Shown piece by piece: positions 27,712 to 36,028 of a stretch of DNA of 64,000 nt. Origin of the DNA: Verrucomicrobiota bacterium (GTDB lineage: Bacteria; Verrucomicrobiota; Verrucomicrobiia; Limisphaerales; Palsa-1400); the NCBI GenBank assembly GCA_049510745.1, contig JBEKYR010000002.1:64001-128000 (forward strand), read 5' to 3'. A program made the translations under genes and the position numbers. Below the pieces are notes generated by a model that was given only the letters and a program-made list of their open reading frames with translations, was not told the origin of the DNA and made no database searches. The stretch's first letter is position 1. Each line of letters begins with the position of its first letter.

Positions 27712-28215
27712 ATGAAAGATGACGAAATCCAGCCAACGGGAGAGCCAGGCGGCGGGCCGCGGCAATGCCACCCCAGTCCGACCCATCGCATTCTCGTGGC
27801 GGATGACGAAGCCGCCATCCGCCGGCTGATCACCACCGTGCTGCTCGGCTCCGGCTACCACGTTGATGCCGCCGAAGATGGCGCCGCCGCTTGGGAGGCG
27901 CTTCAGGCCCAACCCTACGACCTGCTGATCACCGACCACTCCATGCCGAAGATCACGGGCGTTGAACTGGTCAAGAACCTGCGTTCGGCCCGCATGGCCC
28001 TGCCGGTCGTCATGGTTGCAGGGAGATTACCCGAGTACGAACTGGCCCAAAACCCATCGCTTCAACTTGCGGCCACGCTCTTGAAGCCCTTTGCCGTGGC
28101 TGCGTTGCTGAACACGGTGGAAAACGTCCTGCGCGCGACCGACAGTCCCCGCGAGCAGATCGATCCGCTGCCAGACTGGAGAAGCCAACCAGTAGCCGAT
28201 GGCTTCCGGCTCTAA
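27712..28215 (+). CDS. Stand-alone response regulator receiver protein
   Basis: ILVADD, LLITDHSMPKITG, LLKPF. Confidence 0.9.
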   Translation: MKDDEIQPTGEPGGGPRQCHPSPTHRILVADDEAAIRRLITTVLLGSGYHVDAAEDGAAAWEALQAQPYDLLITDHSMPKITGVELVKNLRSARMALPVVMVAGRLPEYELAQNPSLQLAATLLKPFAVAALLNTVENVLRATDSPREQIDPLPDWRSQPVADGFRL

Positions 28216-28247
28216 TGACCACCCCAGAGCGGACCCGCCTTTGAAAT

Positions 28248-30569
28248 GTGAAGGATTCTCCGCTTTTGACTGGCCTCACGAGCGATGAAGCCCGCCGCCG
28301 GCTCGAGAAGTTTGGTCCAAACGCAGTGCCCGACACGGCTCTGCATCCGTTACGCCGGGCCCTGACCAAATTCTGGGCGCCGGTTCCATGGATGCTCGAG
28401 GCTGCGATCGTGCTCGAGGTTGTCCTTGGCAAGTACGTCGAGGCTGCAATCATCGCGGTTCTCCTGGCCTTCAACGCTGCTCTTGGGTTCTTCCAGGAAG
28501 GGCGCGCTCAGGCAACTCTGGCCGCGCTGAAATCTCGGCTCGCGCTGAACGCGTCGGTCCGTCGCGATAATGTTTGGGTGACGGTGCCCGCCGCCGGATT
28601 AGTGCCCGGCGACAGGGTCAAGCTATCGCTCGGCGCCGTGGTTCCGGCGGACGTGCGTCTGACCGAAGGCGAGATTCTGCTTGACCAGTCCATGCTCACC
28701 GGCGAATCCATACCCATCGAAGCTGGCGCCGGCCTGCAAACATACGCGGGGGCGCTGGTACGGCGCGGCGAAGCCGTGGCGGAGGTTACGGCGACCGGAG
28801 CGCGCACAAAGTTTGGACGCACCGCGGAGTTGGTTCGCACCGCGCATGTCGAAAGTTCCCAGCAGAAGGCCGTTCTGCGCGTGGTGCGCAATCTCGCCAT
28901 GTTCAATGGCGCCGTCATTGTGATGCTGGCGGGGTATGCCTCCGCTCTGAAGCTGCCGCTGGGTGAGATCATCCCTCTGGTGCTGACGGCGGTTCTGGCG
29001 TCCATCCCGGTAGCGTTGCCTGCCACCTTTACCCTTGCGGCGGCCCTCGGCGCGCGGGCTTTGGCACATCTGGGCGTCCTTCCAACGCGGCTCTCCGCCG
29101 TGGATGAAGCGGCCAGCATCGGGGTCCTGTGCGTGGATAAAACTGGCACGCTCACGCGCAACGAACTGAAGGTAACCGTCGTCCACCCTATGCCCGGCTT
29201 TGACGAATCCCACGTTCTGGGAATGGCCGCCCTCGCCAGCTCGGATGGCGGGCAGGATCCCGTGGACGCGGCCATTTGCTCCGCCGCGTCGCGGGCGGTC
29301 GCCTCCGATCTGCCGAAACTGAGTAAATTTGTGCCTTTCGATTCCGCCACGAAGATGTCCGAGGCCACGGCTGTGGATTCGAGCGGCGCCACGGTGCGTG
29401 CCGTGAAGGGAGCCTTTGCCGTAGTCATGGGCCTGACGCCACCATCGCCCGATGCGTCCACGACAGCGAACCAACTGGAGGCACAGGGCTTCCGGGTGTT
29501 GGCTGTCGCGGCAGGTCCGCCGGGGGCGGTGAAGCTGGCGGGAATCATCGCTCTGAGCGATCCGCCTCGAACGGATTCGGCAGCGCTTATTACGGAGTTG
29601 CGCACGTTGGGCGTCCGCACCGTCATGGTGACGGGCGACGCCCCTGCGACGGCAGCGATCGTGGCTCGCGCAGTAGGTCTCGACGGACCTGTCTGTCCGC
29701 CCGGACCCATCCCCGACGGAGTGCGCCCGGAGGATTTCGCTGTCTTCGCCGGCATCCTCCCGGAGGGAAAGTACAACCTCGTCAAAGCCTTCCAGAACAG
29801 CGGCCACACGGTTGGTATGTGCGGAGACGGCGCCAACGACGCGCCGGCGCTGCGTCAGGCGCAGATGGGAATCGCGGTCTCAACCGCGACCGATGTTGCC
29901 AAGTCTGCGGCCGGCATTGTGCTAACCACACCAGGACTCGGCGGCATTGTCGCTTCGGTAAAGGAAGGACGCGTGACGTTCCAGCGCATCCTGACTTATG
30001 CGCTAAACTCGGTGACCAAAAAAACTGTGCAGGTGCTCTTCCTGGCGGCGGGTCTGGTCATGACCGGACACGCGATCCTGACTCCCATGTTGATGGTTAT
30101 TGTAATGCTCACCGGCGACCTCCTCGGCATGTCCTTGACGACGGACAACGTGCGACCGTCCCCAATGCCCAATGCCTGGCGAATCGGCGAATTGACGATC
30201 GCGGGTGTCTTCATGGGCGTCTCCGAGCTGGTCTTTTGCATCGCCGTTCTGGCCATCGGCAAATTCTGCCTGGGCTTTGGAATCGAAACGCTAAGAACCC
30301 TGGCCTTCGTGGTCATCGTCTTTGGCAATCAAGCAACGACCTATACGAACCGTGAACGCCAGGGCCTGGGGTCCTCTCGTCCAAGCCCGTGGCTCATCGG
30401 CTCGTCTGTAGTTGATCTGCTGATCGCCTCAACGCTGGCGACTTGCGGGATTGCCATGACTCCCCTGCCTATATTTGTCGTGGGAGGAATACTCGTGGCG
30501 GCAGTGGCCTTTGCGTTCATCGTGGACTTTGTCAAAGTCCCCGTGTTCAATCGCCTCAGAATCGCATAG
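28248..30569 (+). CDS. P-type ATPase, plasma-membrane H+-efflux (P3A-like)
   Basis: TGES, IPVALP, DKTGTLT, VTGD, GDGANDAPAL. Confidence 0.88.
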   Translation: MKDSPLLTGLTSDEARRRLEKFGPNAVPDTALHPLRRALTKFWAPVPWMLEAAIVLEVVLGKYVEAAIIAVLLAFNAALGFFQEGRAQATLAALKSRLALNASVRRDNVWVTVPAAGLVPGDRVKLSLGAVVPADVRLTEGEILLDQSMLTGESIPIEAGAGLQTYAGALVRRGEAVAEVTATGARTKFGRTAELVRTAHVESSQQKAVLRVVRNLAMFNGAVIVMLAGYASALKLPLGEIIPLVLTAVLASIPVALPATFTLAAALGARALAHLGVLPTRLSAVDEAASIGVLCVDKTGTLTRNELKVTVVHPMPGFDESHVLGMAALASSDGGQDPVDAAICSAASRAVASDLPKLSKFVPFDSATKMSEATAVDSSGATVRAVKGAFAVVMGLTPPSPDASTTANQLEAQGFRVLAVAAGPPGAVKLAGIIALSDPPRTDSAALITELRTLGVRTVMVTGDAPATAAIVARAVGLDGPVCPPGPIPDGVRPEDFAVFAGILPEGKYNLVKAFQNSGHTVGMCGDGANDAPALRQAQMGIAVSTATDVAKSAAGIVLTTPGLGGIVASVKEGRVTFQRILTYALNSVTKKTVQVLFLAAGLVMTGHAILTPMLMVIVMLTGDLLGMSLTTDNVRPSPMPNAWRIGELTIAGVFMGVSELVFCIAVLAIGKFCLGFGIETLRTLAFVVIVFGNQATTYTNRERQGLGSSRPSPWLIGSSVVDLLIASTLATCGIAMTPLPIFVVGGILVAAVAFAFIVDFVKVPVFNRLRIA

Positions 30570-30659
30570 CAAAAGGATGCGCAGTCTGGAAGTTGGCGAC
30601 ACAATCCACCTTCGATCCGAGGAAGGTCTCCTGAGCAAACGGTCCTCCTGAATTTTCTG

Positions 30660-30711
30660 TGGGGTGAACACCCCATAGCGCCGGCAAGGCTTTCCGGCCT
30701 ATTGTTGTGCC
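30660..30711 (+). promoter_or_regulatory. Operator palindrome plus promoter, copy 3
   Basis: TGGGGTGAACACCCCATAGCGCC..TATTGT..ATG. Confidence 0.75.
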
Positions 30712-30862
30712 ATGAAAGACGACCAATTCCGGCCACCTGGAGAGCCAAGCCGGCGCGCCACTACAATGCCAGATGAGTCCGCCCCATCGCATTTTCGTGT
30801 TGGATGATTAGACCGCCATACGTCGGCTGATCACCGCTGCGCTGGTTGGCTCCGGCTATGAT
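30712..30862 (+). pseudogene. Truncated, frameshifted paralog of the 27712 receiver gene
   Basis: MKDDQFRPPGEP / GAPLQCQMSPPHRIFVLDD*TAIRRLITAALVGSGYD aligns to the 27712 N-terminus; frameshift plus TAG. Confidence 0.8.
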
Positions 30863-30884
30863 GAGGGGTCCGACAGTTACGTCC

Positions 30885-31604
30885 ATGAGCTTCGCTAGTG
30901 TAAAACCAATAGAAAACCAGGCGATCGTCGCGACCGATCTGACAAAATGGTTCGGCGAAGGCGAAACCAAGGTGACGGCCGTGAATCATGTCCGGCTTGT
31001 CGCTCACTTTGGCGAGATGCTCTTCATCGTCGGCCCCTCCGGCAGCGGCAAGACCACGATGCTCAGCATGATCTCCGGCATTCTGCGTCCCAACGCCGGC
31101 AAGGTGACAGTCAAAGGGGCCGACATCTGGACTCTGGACAATGACCAGTTGGCTGACTTCCGCCTGAATACAGTTGGTTTCGTCTTCCAGGACTACCATC
31201 TTTTCCCGCGGCTGACCACGGCCGAAAATGTCGCCATCCCATTGATCCTGAAGCAGCGCGACTGGGACGATTCCATCACCGAGGCAAAGAAAACCCTCGA
31301 GATCGTCGGGCTGAAAGGCCGGGGCGAGATTCTGCCAGTGAAGCTCTCGGGCGGAGAGCAACAGCGCGTGGCCATCGCGCGCGCGATCATCAGCAGTCCG
31401 GAGATCCTGATTCTCGACGAACCGACCGCCTCCCTGGACGGTGACACCGGGAGGATGATCATCGCCTTCGTCAAAGAGAAAATACTTAATGAAAAGCGCT
31501 GCATCCTGATTGTCACCCATGATGCGCGCATCAACGAATATGCAGACCGGATCATGCATATGGAAGATGGACGTCTCACCGCGTTCGACAAGGGTACCGA
31601 ATGA
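30885..31604 (+). CDS. ABC transporter ATP-binding protein (MacB/LolD-like)
   Basis: GPSGSGKT, LSGGEQQR, LDEPT, VTHD. Confidence 0.95.
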   Translation: MSFASVKPIENQAIVATDLTKWFGEGETKVTAVNHVRLVAHFGEMLFIVGPSGSGKTTMLSMISGILRPNAGKVTVKGADIWTLDNDQLADFRLNTVGFVFQDYHLFPRLTTAENVAIPLILKQRDWDDSITEAKKTLEIVGLKGRGEILPVKLSGGEQQRVAIARAIISSPEILILDEPTASLDGDTGRMIIAFVKEKILNEKRCILIVTHDARINEYADRIMHMEDGRLTAFDKGTE

Positions 31605-33136
31605 AAGAAGCCGAACCTAATCCCGAAGCCAAAGCAGCCGAGCCCAAACCTGAAGGCACGCCAGCCGGGCCTACACCTGAAGGCAAGACACCGTCTGATT
31701 TGACGCCGCAACTCATCAAGCGAGTCCATGAACTCTACAAGGAGCTAGGGCGCGACGAAGTCCGAGCAGTTCTGGCCTGGGAGAAGGCGGAGGAGATTCG
31801 GAAAGATGAAACCAAGGCCGAACCCAAGCCCGAAGCCAAAGCAGTCGAACCCAAGCCTGAAGTCACAGCAACCGAACCTAAGCCTGACGCCAAAGCAGTC
31901 GAACCCAAGCCTGAAGTCACAGCGACCGAACCTAAGCCTGACGCTAAAGCAGTCGAACCCAAGCCTGACGCTAAAGCGGTCGAACCTAAGCCTGACGCCA
32001 AAGCGGTCGAACCTACATCTGACGCCAAAACAGCCAAGCCAAAAACTGAATTTAGAAACAAGATCATCTTTACTGTTTCGATATTAGGTGTCCTGGCCGC
32101 GCTGGTCGCCGCCTACCTCATGGGCATGCAGAGGAAGGCCCAGCCCCCCGTGTTTAAACCGGTCAGCAACCCTTACGACTCGGCCATCTATGCCAATGGC
32201 ATTATCGAGAGCGACCAGCCGAGCGGTGAAAACGTCAATATCTATCCTGAAGTTTCCGGCCCGATCACCCAGGTGCTGGCGCGCGAAGGCCAGCAGGTGT
32301 CGGCCGGCACTCCGCTGTTCACCATCGACGATTCCGTGCAGAAAGCCACCACGGAGCAGCTAAAATCGCAGTCCGAAGCCGCCCTGGCGCTGCTGGAGGA
32401 ACTCAAAGCGGAGCCGAGAAAGGAGACGCTGGCGATTGCCGAGGCGCAAGTGGGGCTGGCCGAATCCAACCTGAAAACGGCCCGTGACGAATACGACAAA
32501 CGCCGCGTATCCTACGACCTCGACCCGAAATCCATCAGCCAGGACGTGCTGGACACCGCGAAAAACGGCGTCGATCAGGCGGCAGCCGCCTTGGACGTAG
32601 CCCGCAAGCAATATGACCTTACCAAGGCCGGCGCATGGAGTTACGACATTACCAACCAGGAGAAGCAGTACGAGGCCCTCAGGCAGGCTTACCAGGCGGC
32701 TAACGCGCTGCTGGTAAAATACTCGGTCAAAGCGCCCGTGGACGGGGTCGTGCTGGCCGTCAACGCAGCGAACGGCAGTTATGTATCGTCGCAGGGCGCC
32801 TATAACCCTTACACGCAGTTATTCGACCCATTAGTGGTCATGGGAGGGCCTCAAGACCATCTGGCCGTCCGCTGTTATGTGGACGAGATACTGGTCTCAC
32901 AACTGCCATCTTCGTGGCATTTCCACGCGCAGATGTCGCTCCGCGGGTCCTACACTAATAAGGTGCCGCTGGAGTTCGTCCGGGTGCAGCCTTATGTCTC
33001 GCCCAAGATCGAGCTGGCGAATGAGCGCCAGGAACAAGTGGACCTGCGGGTGCTGCCGGTGATTTTCCGGTTCGAGAAAAAGGATGCCCCGGTCTATCCG
33101 GGCCAGTTGGTGGATGTTTACATAGGGTCGCAATAG
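31601..33136 (+). CDS. HlyD-type periplasmic adaptor with repetitive N-terminal extension
   Basis: Lipoyl-like halves, coiled hairpin, APVDGVV, RVLPVIF; EPKP(D/E) repeats before the TM. Confidence 0.85.
   Translation: MKEAEPNPEAKAAEPKPEGTPAGPTPEGKTPSDLTPQLIKRVHELYKELGRDEVRAVLAWEKAEEIRKDETKAEPKPEAKAVEPKPEVTATEPKPDAKAVEPKPEVTATEPKPDAKAVEPKPDAKAVEPKPDAKAVEPTSDAKTAKPKTEFRNKIIFTVSILGVLAALVAAYLMGMQRKAQPPVFKPVSNPYDSAIYANGIIESDQPSGENVNIYPEVSGPITQVLAREGQQVSAGTPLFTIDDSVQKATTEQLKSQSEAALALLEELKAEPRKETLAIAEAQVGLAESNLKTARDEYDKRRVSYDLDPKSISQDVLDTAKNGVDQAAAALDVARKQYDLTKAGAWSYDITNQEKQYEALRQAYQAANALLVKYSVKAPVDGVVLAVNAANGSYVSSQGAYNPYTQLFDPLVVMGGPQDHLAVRCYVDEILVSQLPSSWHFHAQMSLRGSYTNKVPLEFVRVQPYVSPKIELANERQEQVDLRVLPVIFRFEKKDAPVYPGQLVDVYIGSQ
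31820..32045 (+). repeat. 27-bp coding tandem repeat (EPKPDAKAV/EPKPEVTAT)
   Basis: About 8 imperfect in-frame units. Confidence 0.9.
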
Positions 33137-33173
33137 CGCCCCGCCCGACCCGACCCAAGTCAGAGCGAATGCG

Positions 33174-34655
33174 ATGAACAACTTTCGATCATCAGTCCAG
33201 CGAGGCGCAGGCCTCGCCGCGATCATGGCGATGCTGGGCGGCTGCGCCGTGGGGCCTGATTTCGTTCGTCCCGCGCCGCCCGAGACGGACCGCTACACGA
33301 GCGAGCCGCGGCCTGAAGCCACGGTCGCGGCGGATGGCCAGGCGCAGCATTTTACGCCCGGCGCCGCCATCACGGCCGACTGGTGGCGGCTTTTCCAGTC
33401 AGCGCAGTTGGACGCCGTTGTCCGGCAGGCCCTCTCCAACAATCCGACCCTCCGGGCGGCCGAGGCCAGCTTGCGTCAGAGTCAGGACAACCTGCGCGCA
33501 GGTTATGGCTTGTACTTCCCGCAAGGCCAGGCTGAACTGAGCGCCAGCCGGCAGCGCACCGCGCCGGTACAGCAAGGCTCACGGACGTCCGGCACGGTTT
33601 TCAATCTCTTTACTGCCAGCGGCACCATCAGCTACGCGCTGGACGTGTTCGGTGGCAAGCGCCGGACGGTGGAAGGCTTGCGGGCCCAGGCCGACTCCCA
33701 GCGTTACGAGAGCAAGGCGGCCTACCTTGCTTTGTCCGCCAATGTCGTCAACACCAGCATCGCGCGCGCTGCCTACACGGCGCAGATTCGCGCGACCGAA
33801 CAGTTGATCGAGTTGGAGAACCAGCAACTTCACCTCGCCGAAACGCAGGTCCGCGCCGGCACAGCTCCCTATTCGACCGTGTTGAGCGTGCGCAGCCTGC
33901 TTGCCGCCAACCAGGCTTTACTGGCGCCCTTGGAGCAGAATGCCAGCCAGGCCGGGCACTTGCTGGCGACGCTGGAAGGCGTGGAGCCATCCAAAGCCAC
34001 CCTGCCCGACATCGACCTGACCGGACTCTCGCTGCCGATGGACCTGCCGGTGAGTCTGCCGTCCGATCTGGTGAGGCAGCGGCCCGACATCCTGTCGGCC
34101 GAGGCACTCATGCACGTGGCCAGCGCCAACATCGGCATCGCGACCGCCGCGATGTACCCCAGCTTCAGCTTGAGCGGCACCTACGGCGGCGCCAGCACCA
34201 GTTTCGCCAATCTTTCGGCGGTCAGCAAGTTCTGGAGCATCGGCCCGACGGCCACGACTCCCGTCTTTCAGGGCAACAGTTTGTGGTACGTCCGGCGGGC
34301 CGCCATCGACGCCTATCAGCAGTCGCAGGCAAATTATCGACAGACCGTGCTGGGCGCCTTCGAGCAAGTCGCTGACTCTTTGAAGGCGCTGGAGCACGAT
34401 GCCGGGGCGCTGCAGGCGCAGGTCGAAGCGCAGCGCGCCGCCGGTGAAGCGCTCAACCTGTTACAGGTCAATTACCGTGCGGGCCTGGCCGCCTACCCGG
34501 ACGTGTTGACGGCCGACGTGCAATTCCACCAGGCGACCATCGCCTGGCTGCAGGCTGTGGCGCAGCGCCACCAGGACACCGTCGCCTTGTTCGTGGCGCT
34601 GGGAGGGGGTTGGTGGAACGAGCCGCGCCCGGCGGGCAAAGGCGAGGCGCCATGA
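33174..34655 (+). CDS. NodT/TolC-family outer-membrane efflux lipoprotein
   Basis: LGGCAVGPDF lipobox, RQRPDI, ALGGGWW. Confidence 0.93.
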   Translation: MNNFRSSVQRGAGLAAIMAMLGGCAVGPDFVRPAPPETDRYTSEPRPEATVAADGQAQHFTPGAAITADWWRLFQSAQLDAVVRQALSNNPTLRAAEASLRQSQDNLRAGYGLYFPQGQAELSASRQRTAPVQQGSRTSGTVFNLFTASGTISYALDVFGGKRRTVEGLRAQADSQRYESKAAYLALSANVVNTSIARAAYTAQIRATEQLIELENQQLHLAETQVRAGTAPYSTVLSVRSLLAANQALLAPLEQNASQAGHLLATLEGVEPSKATLPDIDLTGLSLPMDLPVSLPSDLVRQRPDILSAEALMHVASANIGIATAAMYPSFSLSGTYGGASTSFANLSAVSKFWSIGPTATTPVFQGNSLWYVRRAAIDAYQQSQANYRQTVLGAFEQVADSLKALEHDAGALQAQVEAQRAAGEALNLLQVNYRAGLAAYPDVLTADVQFHQATIAWLQAVAQRHQDTVALFVALGGGWWNEPRPAGKGEAP

Positions 34656-35794
34656 AGTACGGCGGCATCCTGCGGATCGGATTCAAGCTGCTGGTCAATG
34701 ACAAGCCCAAGTTTACTGCGCTGTTGATCGGGATTACCTTCTCCGTCTTCCTGATGATGATGATGACCGCCATGTTCGCCGGCATCCTCAACCACTCTTA
34801 TTCGACTGTCACCAATATCGGCGCTGACATGTGGATCATGGACCCGTCGGTCAACACTCCCACCAGTCCCATCCCCATGCCCGATTATGTGCTCGACGTG
34901 GTGCGCAGCATGGACGAGGTCAGCTACGCAGTCCCGCTTTATATCGGTGGCGCGCTGGTCAAGCTCCAGAGCGGCAACTATCAATCTGTAAGTGTGGTGG
35001 GTTTGGACGACAACAGCCTGTTTGGCCGTCCCGAACTCGAACAGGGCAGTATTCTGAACATCTATAACGACAACACGTTCCTGGTAGTCGATGACGCTGA
35101 ATTTCCGAAGCTGGAGAACCCGAAGATCGGCGCCTCATTCGAACTCAATGATCACCGCGGCACGATTGTAGGCATCGCCCGCGTCGCCGTCAACGGACTC
35201 AATGGCGTGCCGACGCTCTATACGACCTACACCCGCGCGATCGAATACATCCCGTCGATGCGTTTCACCTTGTCCTACGTCCTGGTGCAGCCCAAAAGCG
35301 CGGCGGCCGTGGCAGGCATCAAGCAGAGAGTTGCGAAGCTCGGCTACGTCGCCCGCACCAAGGATGAATTCAACCGGAGCATCGCCGACTATTACACCTA
35401 CAAGACCGGTGTGGGCACCAACATCCTGTTGATGGTAGTGATTGCCTTTATCGTTGGGCTGTCCATCTCAGGCCAGACCTTTTACACGTTCATCCTCGAA
35501 AACTTGGAGAAATTTGGCGCGCTCAAGGCCATCGGCGCCAAGGGGCGCGAGCTGGTCTATATGATCCTGTTCATGGCGACCTTTACGGCGCTGACCGGCT
35601 ATGGCCTGGGCGTCGGTTTCGTGACGCTGATGATCATGATCGCCCGAGCCCGGCTGCCCAACTACGCGGCCACGATCACCTTCTGGAACTTGGGCCTGGC
35701 CTTCGGCATGGTTATTCTCATCGCCGGCCTATCAAGCTATGTCGGGGTACGCAAGGTCCTCAAAATCGAGCCTTTCGACATCTTCAGGGGGTAG
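34652..35794 (+). CDS. ABC transporter permease (FtsX/MacB/DevC-like)
   Basis: N-terminal TM, periplasmic domain, FGALKAIGA, 3 C-terminal TMs. Confidence 0.9.
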   Translation: MKYGGILRIGFKLLVNDKPKFTALLIGITFSVFLMMMMTAMFAGILNHSYSTVTNIGADMWIMDPSVNTPTSPIPMPDYVLDVVRSMDEVSYAVPLYIGGALVKLQSGNYQSVSVVGLDDNSLFGRPELEQGSILNIYNDNTFLVVDDAEFPKLENPKIGASFELNDHRGTIVGIARVAVNGLNGVPTLYTTYTRAIEYIPSMRFTLSYVLVQPKSAAAVAGIKQRVAKLGYVARTKDEFNRSIADYYTYKTGVGTNILLMVVIAFIVGLSISGQTFYTFILENLEKFGALKAIGAKGRELVYMILFMATFTALTGYGLGVGFVTLMIMIARARLPNYAATITFWNLGLAFGMVILIAGLSSYVGVRKVLKIEPFDIFRG

Positions 35795-35820
35795 CAGTGC
35801 CGGCGCTGTTTCCAAGTTGC

Positions 35821-35870
35821 TGACGAGGCGGTCCTCGACCGTTTGCCCGGCGCGCGTTCCAACGGCTTTG
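35821..35870 (+). repeat. 50-bp duplicate of an internal GH2 gene segment
   Basis: 48/50 identical to 45395-45444. Confidence 0.9.
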
Positions 35871-35901
35871 CGAGGTCTCCTGCGTTCCGATGTGCCTTCG
35901 G

Positions 35902-35933
35902 TCCAATCCCTTGCGCCGAATCACTCCCCTGGC
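35902..35933 (+). repeat. 32-bp direct repeat, right copy
   Basis: 31/32 identical to 25846-25877. Confidence 0.9.
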
Positions 35934-36028
35934 AGGCGTCCCGCCACAGGCTGAAAACCGCTGGCGATGAAGAAATGCTATGAAAAAATGCTTTACATCG
36001 ATTCCAACTTGTAAACAATATCAGCCTT

